From contig CAWCMA010000013.1 of the NCBI GenBank assembly GCA_963796565.1, forward strand, positions 80,493 through 144,492: a DNA stretch of 64,000 nt, in the 5' to 3' direction. Positions within the stretch are counted from its first letter, which is position 1, and each line of letters starts with the position of its first letter. The notes below the pieces were generated by a model, which saw nothing but the letters and a program-made list of their open reading frames with translations, was not told where the DNA came from and searched no databases. The stretch is from an uncultured delta proteobacterium (GTDB lineage Bacteria; Desulfobacterota; Binatia; Binatales; Binataceae). This document shows, in pieces, positions 46,717 through 56,366 of this stretch. Made by a program: the position numbers and the translations under genes.

Positions 46717-47568
46717 GTGTCGCACCAGATCGACCCGTTCGAAGGCGCCCCCGAACTGCCCCGGATCGTCGCGGTCAGCTTTCTCCCGGTCGGCCATCTC
46801 TACAACTTTCTCGCCGGCGACCTCACGCTGAGGCGCGGCGACCGCGTGGTGATCGAGGGCGAGGCCGGGGTGCGCATCGGGACCGTCGAGGTCGAGCCGC
46901 ATGAGCCGTCCCACACGCTCGATTTGCGCGCGCTCAACCCGGTGCTGCGGTTGGCCGAGGCGGGCGACGTCGACAGCGAGGCGGAAAATATCGACCGCGA
47001 GGCGGCGGCGCGGCGGCTGTGCCTGCATCGCATCCGCGAGCGCAATCTGACGATGAAACTGATCAGCGTCGATTACATGCTCGACGGGCGCAAGGCAGTG
47101 TTCTACTTCACCGCCGAAAACCGCATCGATTTTCGCGACCTGGTGCGCGACCTCGCCAACACGCTGCGCGTGCGGGTCGAGATGAAACAGATCGGCGCGC
47201 GCGACGAGACCAAGGTGACCGGCGCGGTGGGGCCGTGCGGGCGCGAGCTGTGCTGCTCGTCGTGGCTGCGCGACTTTGAGGCGATCACGGTGAAGATGGC
47301 GCGCGAGCAGGGGCTGGCGCTCAATCCGTCGCGGCTGGCCGGGATGTGCGGGCGGCTGAAGTGCTGCCTGCGCTACGAGTATTCGACTTACCTCGAACTC
47401 AAGCGTGGCCTGCCCAACGTCGGCAAGCGCGTGCAATCGGTCAAGGGCGATGGCAAGGTGCTGCGCCAGAACATCCTCAAGCAGACCGTGCTGATCCAGC
47501 GCGACGAGGACGGCGGTGTGGTAGAAGCCGCGCTGCAGGACCTGGTGGACGCGCGCCCGCAGGCTTGA
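46717..47568 (+). CDS. PSP1 C-terminal domain protein (RicT/YaaT-like)
   Basis: The conserved GPCGRELCCSSWL...GMCGRLKCCLRYE cysteine cluster is present. The position after holB is typical. Confidence 0.8.
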   Translation: MSHQIDPFEGAPELPRIVAVSFLPVGHLYNFLAGDLTLRRGDRVVIEGEAGVRIGTVEVEPHEPSHTLDLRALNPVLRLAEAGDVDSEAENIDREAAARRLCLHRIRERNLTMKLISVDYMLDGRKAVFYFTAENRIDFRDLVRDLANTLRVRVEMKQIGARDETKVTGAVGPCGRELCCSSWLRDFEAITVKMAREQGLALNPSRLAGMCGRLKCCLRYEYSTYLELKRGLPNVGKRVQSVKGDGKVLRQNILKQTVLIQRDEDGGVVEAALQDLVDARPQA

Positions 47569-47660
47569 GCCGCCCCGGCCCGGCCAAGTAGCATCGGAAC
47601 CCCGGGTTTTCGCGCGTGCGGCATGCGCGCGCGCGGACCGGCACAGGAACCGCGTCCCAG

Positions 47661-49208
47661 ATGGCCGAGCGCATCCACATCACTACCGCGATTTTCTATT
47701 GCAACGGCACGCCGCACGTCGGCAGCGCCTACGAGGCGCTCGCCGCCGACGTCTTCGCTCGCTACCAGCGGCGCAAGCTGGGGCGCGAAAACGTAAGCTT
47801 CCTGAGCGGCACCGACGAGCACGGCGACAAGATCCGGCGCGCCGCGCTGGCCGAAGGGCTCGCACCGCAGGCTTACACCGACAAGATGAGCGCGCTGTTC
47901 GACCGGGCTTTCCGCGGGCTCGGCGTCAGCTACGACTACTGGGTGCGCACCACCGACGAGGTTCATCAGAAGTGGGTGCAGGAGATGCTGCGGCGCACGC
48001 ACGCGCGCGGCGATATCTACTTTCGCGATTACGAAGGGCTGTACTGCGTCGATTGCGAGCGCTTCTACACGGAAAAAGAACTGCTGCCTGGAAACGTCTG
48101 TCCCACGCACAACCGCCCCGTGGAAATGATCAGCGAGGGCAACTACTTCCTGCGGATCGAAAAGTACCGCGAGCAGGTGCTCGACCATATCCGCCGCAAT
48201 CCCGATTTCATCCGGCCCGAGCGCTACCGCAAGGAGGCGCTCAACATGCTGTCCGAGCCGCTGACCGACCTTTGCATCTCGCGGCCCAAGGCGCGGCTGG
48301 ATTGGGGTATCGAGCTGCCCTTCGATTCCAACTACGTCACCTACGTATGGTACGACGCGTTCTGGGCATACGTGAGTCATCCGGCAACCAACGATCCCGA
48401 TTTCGTCGAGAAAGTGTGGCCCAACACCGAGCATTTCATCGGCAAAGATATCCTGAAGACCCACGCCGTGTATTGGCCGCCGATTCTGCTCGCCGCGGGG
48501 CTGCCCCTGTTCAAGCATCTCAACGTTCACGGATGGCTCAACTTCGGCGGTGCGCGGATGTCCAAGAGCTCGGGCAACGTGCGCGATCCGGTGTCCTACG
48601 AGCAGGCCTTCGGCGCCGACGTGCTGCGCTACTTCCTGATGCGCGAAGTGACCTACGGACTGGACGGCGATTTCTCCGAGGAGCGGCTGGTCGAACGCTA
48701 CAACGCGGAACTGGCCAACGACCTCGGCAACCTGAGTAGCCGGGTGCTCGCGATGGCGGCGCGGTATTTCGGAGGCGAGGTAACCGCGACGCCAGGCGCG
48801 GACGGCGAGGAAATCGATCGCACCCTGTGCGAGGCGTTCGGCGCGGCGCCAGCGCGCGCAGGCGCGATGGAGGACGAACTCGCGTTCAATCGCGGACTCG
48901 ACGCCGTATGGCAGGTGCTGGATGCGGCCAACAAGTATATCGTCGCGACCTCGCCTTTCACGCTCGCCAAAGACCCGGGCAAGCTGCCGCGCGTCGCGCA
49001 GATACTCGCCAACCTGCTCGAGGGATTGCGCGTGATCGCGGCTACGCTGGAGCCTTTCATGCCGCGGCAGGCAGCGAAACTGCTCGACCTGCTCGGCGTC
49101 GATGAGGCGGCGGCGTATGCGCCGTTTGGCGCGGGACTCAGGCGCGGCGATCGCGTCAAGGCGCCGGTCGCGCTCTTTCCGCGCATCGACAAACCCGAAC
49201 GCACGTAA
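47661..49208 (+). CDS. metG: Methionine--tRNA ligase (short form)
   Basis: The internal ATG at 47661 gives MAERIHITTAIFYCNGTPHVGSAYE (HIGH-type region). KMSKS appears as ARMSKSSGN. A zinc knuckle CVDCERFYT...CPTHN is present. Confidence 0.9.
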   Translation: MAERIHITTAIFYCNGTPHVGSAYEALAADVFARYQRRKLGRENVSFLSGTDEHGDKIRRAALAEGLAPQAYTDKMSALFDRAFRGLGVSYDYWVRTTDEVHQKWVQEMLRRTHARGDIYFRDYEGLYCVDCERFYTEKELLPGNVCPTHNRPVEMISEGNYFLRIEKYREQVLDHIRRNPDFIRPERYRKEALNMLSEPLTDLCISRPKARLDWGIELPFDSNYVTYVWYDAFWAYVSHPATNDPDFVEKVWPNTEHFIGKDILKTHAVYWPPILLAAGLPLFKHLNVHGWLNFGGARMSKSSGNVRDPVSYEQAFGADVLRYFLMREVTYGLDGDFSEERLVERYNAELANDLGNLSSRVLAMAARYFGGEVTATPGADGEEIDRTLCEAFGAAPARAGAMEDELAFNRGLDAVWQVLDAANKYIVATSPFTLAKDPGKLPRVAQILANLLEGLRVIAATLEPFMPRQAAKLLDLLGVDEAAAYAPFGAGLRRGDRVKAPVALFPRIDKPERT

Positions 49209-49312
49209 GTTTGTTCTTCAGAAGCACGGCCCCGGAACTTCGAGATCGCGATCGGTCCAGGACCGGCATCGGTCCGAGATTCGGATTGGATCCGAATCGG
49301 AAGTTGCGAACC

Positions 49313-50353
49313 TCAGTAGCCTTCTTCTTCGGTGCTGACTTTACCTGCGAAGCTCCTATAAGCGACTACCAGATAAGTGATCGCCAACATCATTCCCGGA
49401 ACGAACCATGCCAGTCCGATTTCGAGAGAATGTGGCGGGGCGGCAGCGTTGTAGATGCTAAGGCCTAAACTGGGGCTGAGGCTAGACGGTAGCAAGTAAG
49501 GAAAGAGGCCGAAGGCAGTGCTGGCGGCTATTCCTCCCATATACATACAAGACGACACAAATGCCTGTTTGCCGGTGGCAGGGGCGTTGTAATGTCTCAT
49601 ACCAAAAAGACCGGCTATTGCCAGGACCGGAAACACGTACCCCCACGGCTCGCTGGAGATCCGATCGAGCAGATGCGGCTGCACAAAGGGACTAGCTACT
49701 GCGACCAAAGCGGTAAAGAGCAGTACGGCCCACCATCCCCAGCGCGCGAAACTCCGACAACGGATTTCGAGCTCGCCGCCGGTTTTCATCGCCACCCACA
49801 AAGCGCCGTGCACGGCCATCGCGACAAAAGTCGCGAGGCCGATGATTATAGTGAACCAGTCGAGGATACCGACCTGCTTGCCAACCCGGAAATTGGTCCA
49901 CAACGATAGGAAGAAGTAGCCACTACTGTCGAGCGGAACACCGCGAACGACGTTCCCGATCGCGGCCCCCAAGAATCCGGCTAACGCGGCGCTGGCGCCG
50001 GCGAAAACCACGTCCCACCCGGGCGACCATACGGGACTGTCGACATGGTTACGAAACTCCAGTGAGATGCCTCGTAGCATCAGGAGCCAGAGCACTATCA
50101 TTAGCGGCAGATAGAAACCGCTGAAGCTCGAAGCATAGAGGGTAGGAAACGCCATGAACAGAACGCCGCCACCGGCAATCAGCCAGACCTCATTGCCGTC
50201 CCACACCGGGCCTATCGAGCGAAGCACCGCGCGGCGTTCCTCATCCGTGCGCGCCACGATTAGATAGATTATGCCGGCGCCGATATCGAAGCCGTCGAGC
50301 GTGGCATAAGCCGCCAGCATCGCCGCGACCGCGCAGAACCAGAATGTCGCCAT
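49313..50353 (-). CDS. cydB: Cytochrome bd ubiquinol oxidase subunit II
   Basis: MATFWFCAVAAMLAAYATLDGFDIGAGIIY... is the classic CydB N-terminus. Confidence 0.9.
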   Translation of the reverse strand: MATFWFCAVAAMLAAYATLDGFDIGAGIIYLIVARTDEERRAVLRSIGPVWDGNEVWLIAGGGVLFMAFPTLYASSFSGFYLPLMIVLWLLMLRGISLEFRNHVDSPVWSPGWDVVFAGASAALAGFLGAAIGNVVRGVPLDSSGYFFLSLWTNFRVGKQVGILDWFTIIIGLATFVAMAVHGALWVAMKTGGELEIRCRSFARWGWWAVLLFTALVAVASPFVQPHLLDRISSEPWGYVFPVLAIAGLFGMRHYNAPATGKQAFVSSCMYMGGIAASTAFGLFPYLLPSSLSPSLGLSIYNAAAPPHSLEIGLAWFVPGMMLAITYLVVAYRSFAGKVSTEEEGY

Positions 50354-50388
50354 TGCGAATATCCTTCTGAGATGGGCGCGCTCTGAGA

Positions 50389-51750
50389 TTAGCGCGTCGC
50401 CGCAGTCTTTACCGGTGCAGCCGGACCTTGCGCCTCAGCGGCCGGGCCGCGCTGTACCTCGAAGTAGATCAGAAACAGAAACAGGAGCGAAAGGACCCCG
50501 TACATTCCGAAAAACCCGATCAACGTGAACAGGGCATTGCCCTCGGCGACCTGCGGCGAAGTACCCTGTGCAGTGCGCATGAGACCGTAGATCAACCAGG
50601 GCTGACGACCGAGTTCGGCGGTCATCCAACCGAAGGTTGTTGCTATATAAGGAAACGGCGCGAGCAACATCAGCGCCCACAGCAACAGCTTCGATTCGTA
50701 CAGCCATCCTCGCCACAGCGCGAACACCGAGAACACCAGGATCGCGATGAAGAAGGTCCCGAGCCCAACCATATTGTGATAGGCGTAATAGAGTAGTGGA
50801 ACATTGTCGGGCCATTGATCTTTCGGATACGCGTCCAGCCCCTTAACTTCGGCATGCCAGCGCCGGTAGGTGAGAAAGCTCAGAACGTTCGGGATGACCA
50901 GTGGGTTGTCCAGCGTTTGAGTCCGCATGTTCGGCTGTCCCAGGATCGCAAGGGGCGCGCCCTGCGCCGAGTGGAAAAGTCCCTCCATGGCTGACAGCGT
51001 CGCCGGCTGGTAAGTCGCGACGTTGAGGGCCTGAGCATCGCCGAGCGGATACATCATCAGACATGAGGCGATAGCGCCCGCGATAACCCCAGTGCGAACG
51101 AAGATTCGCGCATGTGACTGGTGCTGGTTGGTCAGCAGATAGAACGCGCCGGTCGCACTAACCACAACGCTGGCGGTTATCACCGAGGCAGACATGTTGT
51201 GTGGATACTGCCAGACCAGCCAGGGATTCGAGAGCAGACTCCAGAAGCTCTCGAGCTCGATCGCGCCGCTGCTGGTGATCCGGTAGCCGACCGGATGTTG
51301 CATCCAGGCGTTGGTCGCGATGATGAAAAAGCCGGATATCCAGGAGCCGAGAAACACCAGAAACGCCGTTACCCAGTGGAGGCGGGGGCCGAGGCGCTTT
51401 TCGCCGAATATGAAGAGGCCCAGAAAACTCGATTCCAGGAAGAATGAAAAAGTTCCCTCCATCGCGAGGGTCTGGCCGATTACCCCGCCGGCAGTTCTCG
51501 AAAATCCGGCCCAGTTGGTCCCAAACTGAAATTCCATCGGTATCCCGGTAACGACACCGATCGCAAAGTTGATCGCAAAGATACGCGACCAGAAACGCGC
51601 CGCCTGGTTGTACTCCTCTTTTTTCGTCTTAAGCGCGATTGTCTTGAAAATCAGGATTATCAGCGCGAGCCCCATCGTGAGCTGCGGGAACAGGTAGTGG
51701 AAAACCACGGTGAATGCGAACTGAATGCGATCTGCCGTGAGTGCGTCCAT
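50389..51750 (-). CDS. cydA: Cytochrome bd ubiquinol oxidase subunit I
   Basis: ...FAFTVVFHYLFPQLTMGLA... with the Q-loop. Confidence 0.9.
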   Translation of the reverse strand: MDALTADRIQFAFTVVFHYLFPQLTMGLALIILIFKTIALKTKKEEYNQAARFWSRIFAINFAIGVVTGIPMEFQFGTNWAGFSRTAGGVIGQTLAMEGTFSFFLESSFLGLFIFGEKRLGPRLHWVTAFLVFLGSWISGFFIIATNAWMQHPVGYRITSSGAIELESFWSLLSNPWLVWQYPHNMSASVITASVVVSATGAFYLLTNQHQSHARIFVRTGVIAGAIASCLMMYPLGDAQALNVATYQPATLSAMEGLFHSAQGAPLAILGQPNMRTQTLDNPLVIPNVLSFLTYRRWHAEVKGLDAYPKDQWPDNVPLLYYAYHNMVGLGTFFIAILVFSVFALWRGWLYESKLLLWALMLLAPFPYIATTFGWMTAELGRQPWLIYGLMRTAQGTSPQVAEGNALFTLIGFFGMYGVLSLLFLFLIYFEVQRGPAAEAQGPAAPVKTAATR

Positions 51751-51828
51751 CGGTCCTCTCCAAAGCGCGCGGAGTTCGGGTCGGTGACCACTCCGACGGC
51801 AAAAATACCCAGGGGCGCGTGACCGAAG

Positions 51829-52713
51829 TTAGAGCTTCGCGGCCGCGTCAATCCATTTGCGCGCCGCTTCCTCGATGCCCCTGGCGGCTTCCTCGGGCGT
51901 GCGCGGCGCGCGCATGTTGACAATCACAACCTCGTCGACGCCAGCGTCGCGGTAACGCTTGAGATCGTCGGGCGTGATCGGTTTGGTATACGGCGAGACC
52001 GCGAGCTCCACGTCGGAGCGCTTGCGGCCGTTGGACTTGAGCAGCGACTCGATACGGCGAATCTTGTCCGCCGCCTCGCCGGGATCGAGGTTGAAGCCGC
52101 ACCATCCATTGCCGTACTCGGCAACGCGGCGCAGCGCCGGGCCGCTCTCGCCGCCGAAAAAGACCGGCAAGTCGGCGCCATGCACGGGCTTGGGAAAGCT
52201 GCGAACGTTTTCGAAATTTACGAACTCGCCCTTGTAAGAGCTGAGCGCGTCGCCCCACAGCCGGCGCATCGCTTCGATATACTCGCGAGTGCGCTGCGCG
52301 CGCCGCTCCCAGGGAATTCCCAGCGCGCGAAACTCCTCCTCCAGCCATCCCACGCCGACGCCCAGGACGAAGCGGCCCTCGCTCAGCGAGTCGAGCGTCG
52401 CAATCACCTTGGCCAGCACCAGCGGATTGTGCTCGGGCACCAGGCAGATCCCGGTGGCGAGGCGAATCTTCCGTGTCACCGACGCCATCGTGCACAAGGT
52501 CAGGAACGGATCGGCGATCGGCGCGTCGGACGGCGCGGGCAGCGTGCCGTCCTCGCGGTAGGGATAGCGCGAGGCGTAGGAATCGAGCAGCACCACGTGC
52601 TCGGGCGCCCACAAGGTCGAAAAGCCGACCCGCTCGGCGTTTTCGGCGAACGCCTTCATCACCGCCATTCCGCCGACCCGTCCCGAAACGACTGCGAAAA
52701 GTCCGATCTTCAT
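51829..52713 (-). CDS. Luciferase-like monooxygenase family, F420-dependent-type oxidoreductase
   Basis: The internal ATG at 52713 gives MKIGLFAVVSGRVGG.... LLM fold motifs are present. Resemblance to the TIGR03619 F420 class is inference. Confidence 0.7.
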   Translation of the reverse strand: MKIGLFAVVSGRVGGMAVMKAFAENAERVGFSTLWAPEHVVLLDSYASRYPYREDGTLPAPSDAPIADPFLTLCTMASVTRKIRLATGICLVPEHNPLVLAKVIATLDSLSEGRFVLGVGVGWLEEEFRALGIPWERRAQRTREYIEAMRRLWGDALSSYKGEFVNFENVRSFPKPVHGADLPVFFGGESGPALRRVAEYGNGWCGFNLDPGEAADKIRRIESLLKSNGRKRSDVELAVSPYTKPITPDDLKRYRDAGVDEVVIVNMRAPRTPEEAARGIEEAARKWIDAAAKL

Positions 52714-52831
52714 GATGCGATGCTCCTTGCGCGCCGTTTCGATGCGCGGCGCGAATTGCGATGCGTCCCTCAAGGCTCCGTGTACTACGGCACGATTGCC
52801 GGTGACAAGCGTCGCAGTGGTCGCGCGGCTC

Positions 52832-53797
52832 TCACACGTGATTGCGCAGCATCAGCTCGCGCGGATGCGGCTCGAGATAGGTCTGGCCCTTGAGATAGGC
52901 GATGTCGAAGCGCCGCACCCAATGGCGAATCAGGGTCAACGGCACCACCAGCGGTACCATTGCGCGCCGATACTCGTCGATCGCTTCCATCAGCTCGCGG
53001 CGCGAATCAGCGTCGCAGCCGTCGCGCAGATAGCCGGCGATATGCTGCATCACGTTGACGTGGCGCGCCGGCGTGGCCAACTTCTTCATCGCCGCCATGA
53101 ACTCCGCCGCGTAGCGCACGCGCAACCCGTCGCGCTCGATATGCCTGGAGTCCGCGACCAGACGACCCAGTTCCGCATACGCGCGCGGTGAGTGAGCCAT
53201 CAGGGTCAGCTTGTGCGCGGTGTGAAAGGCCACCAGCCCGCCGGCGGTCCATCGTCCCGTGAACAGCGCGCGCATCCGATGGTACGCGAAGACCCGCTCG
53301 ATGAAGTTCTCGCGGAGACTCGGATCGTTCAGCCGCCCTTCTTCTTCGACCGGCAGATCGGGCAGGCGGCGGATCAGCGCCTCGGCGAACAGTCCGCGCC
53401 CGTCGCGCATCGGCATGCCCGCGCGCCCATAGATACGCACCCGCGCCATCCCGCAGCTCGGCGAATCTTTCTTCAGCACGTAGCCCGAGAGATCTTCGCG
53501 CTCGAGCGCCGTCGCGCGGCGTTCGGCATACGCATTCATCGCTTCGGTTACGTCCGCACCGCTTTTATTGGCCACCATCCGCACCGCGCCATCGTCGCCG
53601 CGGACCAGGCGCAGGCTCTCGCGCGGGATGCCGAGGCCGATGTCGACTTCGGGGCAAACCGCGACGAATTCGACAAAATCGCCGAGCGTGCCGGTCAGGA
53701 AATCGTTGCGTTTATGACCGCCGTCGAAGCGCACCTCCTGTCCCAGCAGACAGGCGGAGACGCCGATTCGGATCGCACCCGCGCCGCGAGCATCCAT
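52832..53797 (-). CDS. DUF523 (TudS-like) plus DUF1722 (YbgA-like) fusion protein
   Basis: The N-terminal IGVSACLLGQEVRFDGGHKR...CPEVDIGLG matches DUF523. The C-terminal helical half matches DUF1722. Confidence 0.65.
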   Translation of the reverse strand: MDARGAGAIRIGVSACLLGQEVRFDGGHKRNDFLTGTLGDFVEFVAVCPEVDIGLGIPRESLRLVRGDDGAVRMVANKSGADVTEAMNAYAERRATALEREDLSGYVLKKDSPSCGMARVRIYGRAGMPMRDGRGLFAEALIRRLPDLPVEEEGRLNDPSLRENFIERVFAYHRMRALFTGRWTAGGLVAFHTAHKLTLMAHSPRAYAELGRLVADSRHIERDGLRVRYAAEFMAAMKKLATPARHVNVMQHIAGYLRDGCDADSRRELMEAIDEYRRAMVPLVVPLTLIRHWVRRFDIAYLKGQTYLEPHPRELMLRNHV

Positions 53798-53866
53798 CGC
53801 GCGATGATACTCCTGGCGGAACTCCCGGCGATAGAATTTGATTCGAATGCCAAGCTAGTAGATAAT

Positions 53867-53884
53867 CAGACTAGTCAGACTAGA
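53867..53884 (+). promoter_or_regulatory. Tandem direct repeat cagactagt|cagactaga immediately upstream of the antitoxin RBS; candidate TA operator
   Basis: Read directly from the sequence. It is followed by SD gaggagg and the ATG at 53899. Confidence 0.35.
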
Positions 53885-53898
53885 TGAGGAGGCCCTTC

Positions 53899-54150
53899 AT
53901 GAACTGGCAGATCCAAATCGCAAAGGCACGCTTCAGCGAACTCGTCGAACGTACCTTGAAGGAGGGGCCACAGACCGTGACGCGTCATGGAAAACCGGTG
54001 GCCGTGATGGTTCCCGTGGATGAATATCGCCGTTTGCGGACTGGCGGTAGAAGCCTGAAAGCGCTGCTCGCCGACGCGCCGCTGGAAGGAGTCAAGATCA
54101 GGCGCTCGCGCGACCGGGGCAGGACGGTTGACTTCGATGTACCTGATTGA
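53899..54150 (+). CDS. Phd/YefM-family antitoxin
   Basis: MNWQIQIAKARFSELVERTLKEGPQTVTRHGKPVAVMVPVDEYRRL is the classic Phd/YefM fold signature. A strong SD lies 6 nt upstream. Confidence 0.75.
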   Translation: MNWQIQIAKARFSELVERTLKEGPQTVTRHGKPVAVMVPVDEYRRLRTGGRSLKALLADAPLEGVKIRRSRDRGRTVDFDVPD

Positions 54151-54553
54151 CACCAACGTAATTTCCGAAGTTCGCAAAGGCACGCGCTGCGACCCGCGAG
54201 TAGCGCTTTGGTATAAACAGATCAGGGATGATGAACTGTTCCTGAGCGTTCTGGTAATCGGCGAAATTCGCCAGGGCGTCGAGCAGTTGAGACCACGAAA
54301 CCCGCGTCAGGCGCGAGCCCTAGAACAATGGCTGGACGAATTAATCGTCGGTTTCGGCGAGCGCGTCCTGCCAGTGGACAATCGCGTTGCGCAAAATTGG
54401 GGGCGCCTTGCCGCCCGTGGCGGCTTCCCGGTGATTGACGCCTTGCTCGCGGCGACCGCCGAGGCGCACGGCTTGACTCTGGTGACTCGCAACGTCAAAG
54501 ACGTTCAGCGCAGCGGGGTGCGCTGCCTGAATCCTTTCGAGTTCATCGAGTAG
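54137..54553 (+). CDS. vapC: VapC PIN-domain ribonuclease toxin
   Basis: MYLIDTNVISEVRKG (first acidic residue), ...VIGEIRQG..., ...LVTRNVKDV.... It overlaps the antitoxin stop by 14 nt. Confidence 0.8.
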   Translation: MYLIDTNVISEVRKGTRCDPRVALWYKQIRDDELFLSVLVIGEIRQGVEQLRPRNPRQARALEQWLDELIVGFGERVLPVDNRVAQNWGRLAARGGFPVIDALLAATAEAHGLTLVTRNVKDVQRSGVRCLNPFEFIE

Positions 54554-54562
54554 GCGTCTGTT

Positions 54563-55321
54563 TCAGGCCAGCGCGTGCGGGTAACCCGGCGTCAGCCGCG
54601 GCATCGCGAGGCCCACGTTGTCGAGCCGCCGCTCGAGCATCGAGAGGTACAGCTCCGTCAGTTCGCCGTTGTCGCGCGCTTTGAGCCCGAAGCGCATGCA
54701 ATCGTAGCCAAAGCCGCTGCCGGGCGGGCCGAAAAAGTTGGCCGCGGCCGGCAGCCATCGCTCGAGCGCTGCCGTCACCGCCTCGGGGCCGCAGCGATCG
54801 GCCGCGCGCGCGAGTTCGCCCACCGCGAACATCTCGTGCTCGGCCTCCTCGTCGAGGATGCGCTCGGCGGCGCGCGCGTGCGGCGCATAGCTGGAATCCT
54901 TGTAGTTGACGCCGATCATCAGAAGCCCGGTCATGTCGAGGCTGAGCGAAGCCATCAGCAGGTCCAGCTCTCCGGCGGCGCTTTTGGCGAAGCGCAGCGG
55001 CGCCTCGAACGACGGCGCCTTGAGCGCCGGGATCATTGCGCGGTCGGCTTCCTCCTGCGTGATGCCGATGTCGCGCAGCGCCCGGTAGACGAGCGCCGCA
55101 TGGCGGCGTTCCTCGGCGAGGTTTTTTTCGACCACCGGACGCAACGATTCGTCGGCGAGCGTCTCGAGCGCGCGCTGATAGCCGAGCGCGGTCAATTTTT
55201 CGGCCAGCGCGTGCGCCGCGAGCAGCCGGATGAGGGTCTTGGTGTAGTGCGGATCGACGCGGCGGAGCCTTACGTCTTCGGCCTCGACCGTGCGCGCGGG
55301 GAATTCACGCCCGAGCGGCAT
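54563..55321 (-). CDS. Ferritin-like diiron-carboxylate superfamily protein (two ExxH motifs), function unknown
   Basis: EERRHAALVYRAL and EEAEHEMFAVGEL lie ~100 aa apart in a helical protein. Assignment to a specific family (PaaA/PaaC-like, MiaE-like) is not possible by eye. Confidence 0.4.
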   Translation of the reverse strand: MPLGREFPARTVEAEDVRLRRVDPHYTKTLIRLLAAHALAEKLTALGYQRALETLADESLRPVVEKNLAEERRHAALVYRALRDIGITQEEADRAMIPALKAPSFEAPLRFAKSAAGELDLLMASLSLDMTGLLMIGVNYKDSSYAPHARAAERILDEEAEHEMFAVGELARAADRCGPEAVTAALERWLPAAANFFGPPGSGFGYDCMRFGLKARDNGELTELYLSMLERRLDNVGLAMPRLTPGYPHALA

Positions 55322-55365
55322 CTGTTAGCCTGCCGGGAATCATATTGAGATCGTGACCACCGAAC

Positions 55366-55809
55366 CTAGGCCCGCACTCCTTCGCGCGAGGGCAGAGCCA
55401 CGGTGGCGCTGCCGATCGTGGTCTTCTCACCCTTGGCGTTTTCCAGCCAGATTTCGCAATCGACCAGGTGGTCGCTTCCGGCGACGTACTTCTTGACGAC
55501 CTTGCCCTTGCATACGACCTTCGAGCCCGGCTGGTCCATCCCGCGATACTGCACCGCGAGCTTGCGCAGCCATCCCTCGTGGCCGGCGAAGTTGGTCATC
55601 ATCTGCCCCAGGAATCCGTTTTTGAGCGCGCCGTGCAGGATCACGCCGGGCAGACTGTTGTTGAGCGCGAAGTCCTTGTCGTAATGGATCTGATAGAAGT
55701 CGCCCGAGGCGCCGGCGTACTTGACGAGTTGCTGGGTGGTAGGATTTTTCTCCAGCGCTGGGACTTCGGATCCGGCTTCGAGGTCTTCCCAGTAAGTCTG
55801 CTTCGCCAT
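55366..55809 (-). CDS. MaoC-like (R)-specific enoyl-CoA hydratase, hotdog fold
   Basis: The internal ATG at 55809 gives MAKQTYWEDLE.... The hydratase motif reads YAGASGDFYQIHYDKDFA...ILHGAL. Confidence 0.75.
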   Translation of the reverse strand: MAKQTYWEDLEAGSEVPALEKNPTTQQLVKYAGASGDFYQIHYDKDFALNNSLPGVILHGALKNGFLGQMMTNFAGHEGWLRKLAVQYRGMDQPGSKVVCKGKVVKKYVAGSDHLVDCEIWLENAKGEKTTIGSATVALPSREGVRA

Positions 55810-55844
55810 CTTCGATTCCTCCCGCGAGAGCTTCCGCGCGCGGC

Positions 55845-56294
55845 TCAGTAACGGATCACGGTCGAGCGCTGCACGGCGCAGAGCTGATTGTAATGGTTGG
55901 TATAGTTGGTCTCGACCGTGATGAAGACCATCGCGCCGAGCCGGCCAGCGCTCTCGCGGATGTCGGCGATTTTGGAGACCACGCTGATTCGATCGCCGGG
56001 GCGAATCGGCTCGAAATATTCCCACTCCGAGCCGCCGTCGAGGCCGCGGAACTCGCCCATGCCGATCTTGATTTCCGGAATCGCGGCGCCGAGTGAGCGG
56101 CAGAAGGTTGGCGGCGCAATCATCCCGCCGAAGCGGATCTTGCGCGCGGCGGCCTCGTCGTTGAAAAGCGGATTGGGATCGCCAATCGCCTCGGCGAAGC
56201 GCCGGATGGCGCCGCGTTCGACCTCGACCACCCGCGCCTCGCTCTGCATCCCGATCTGCTTGCGCACCTCGTCGGTCACGTACTTGTTCGCCAT
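55845..56294 (-). CDS. MaoC-dehydratase N-terminal-like hotdog protein (non-catalytic partner)
   Basis: ...GAIRRFAEAIGDPNPLFNDEAAARKI..GGMIAPPTF is the MaoC_dehydrat_N pattern. It lies 35 nt upstream of the catalytic hotdog gene. Confidence 0.65.
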   Translation of the reverse strand: MANKYVTDEVRKQIGMQSEARVVEVERGAIRRFAEAIGDPNPLFNDEAAARKIRFGGMIAPPTFCRSLGAAIPEIKIGMGEFRGLDGGSEWEYFEPIRPGDRISVVSKIADIRESAGRLGAMVFITVETNYTNHYNQLCAVQRSTVIRY

Positions 56295-56366
56295 CGTAGA
56301 AGTCCTTATCGCAGAAATCTTTGGTTGAACTCCCCGTCTCGTCAGTCAGGCGCCGACGCGCACGAC

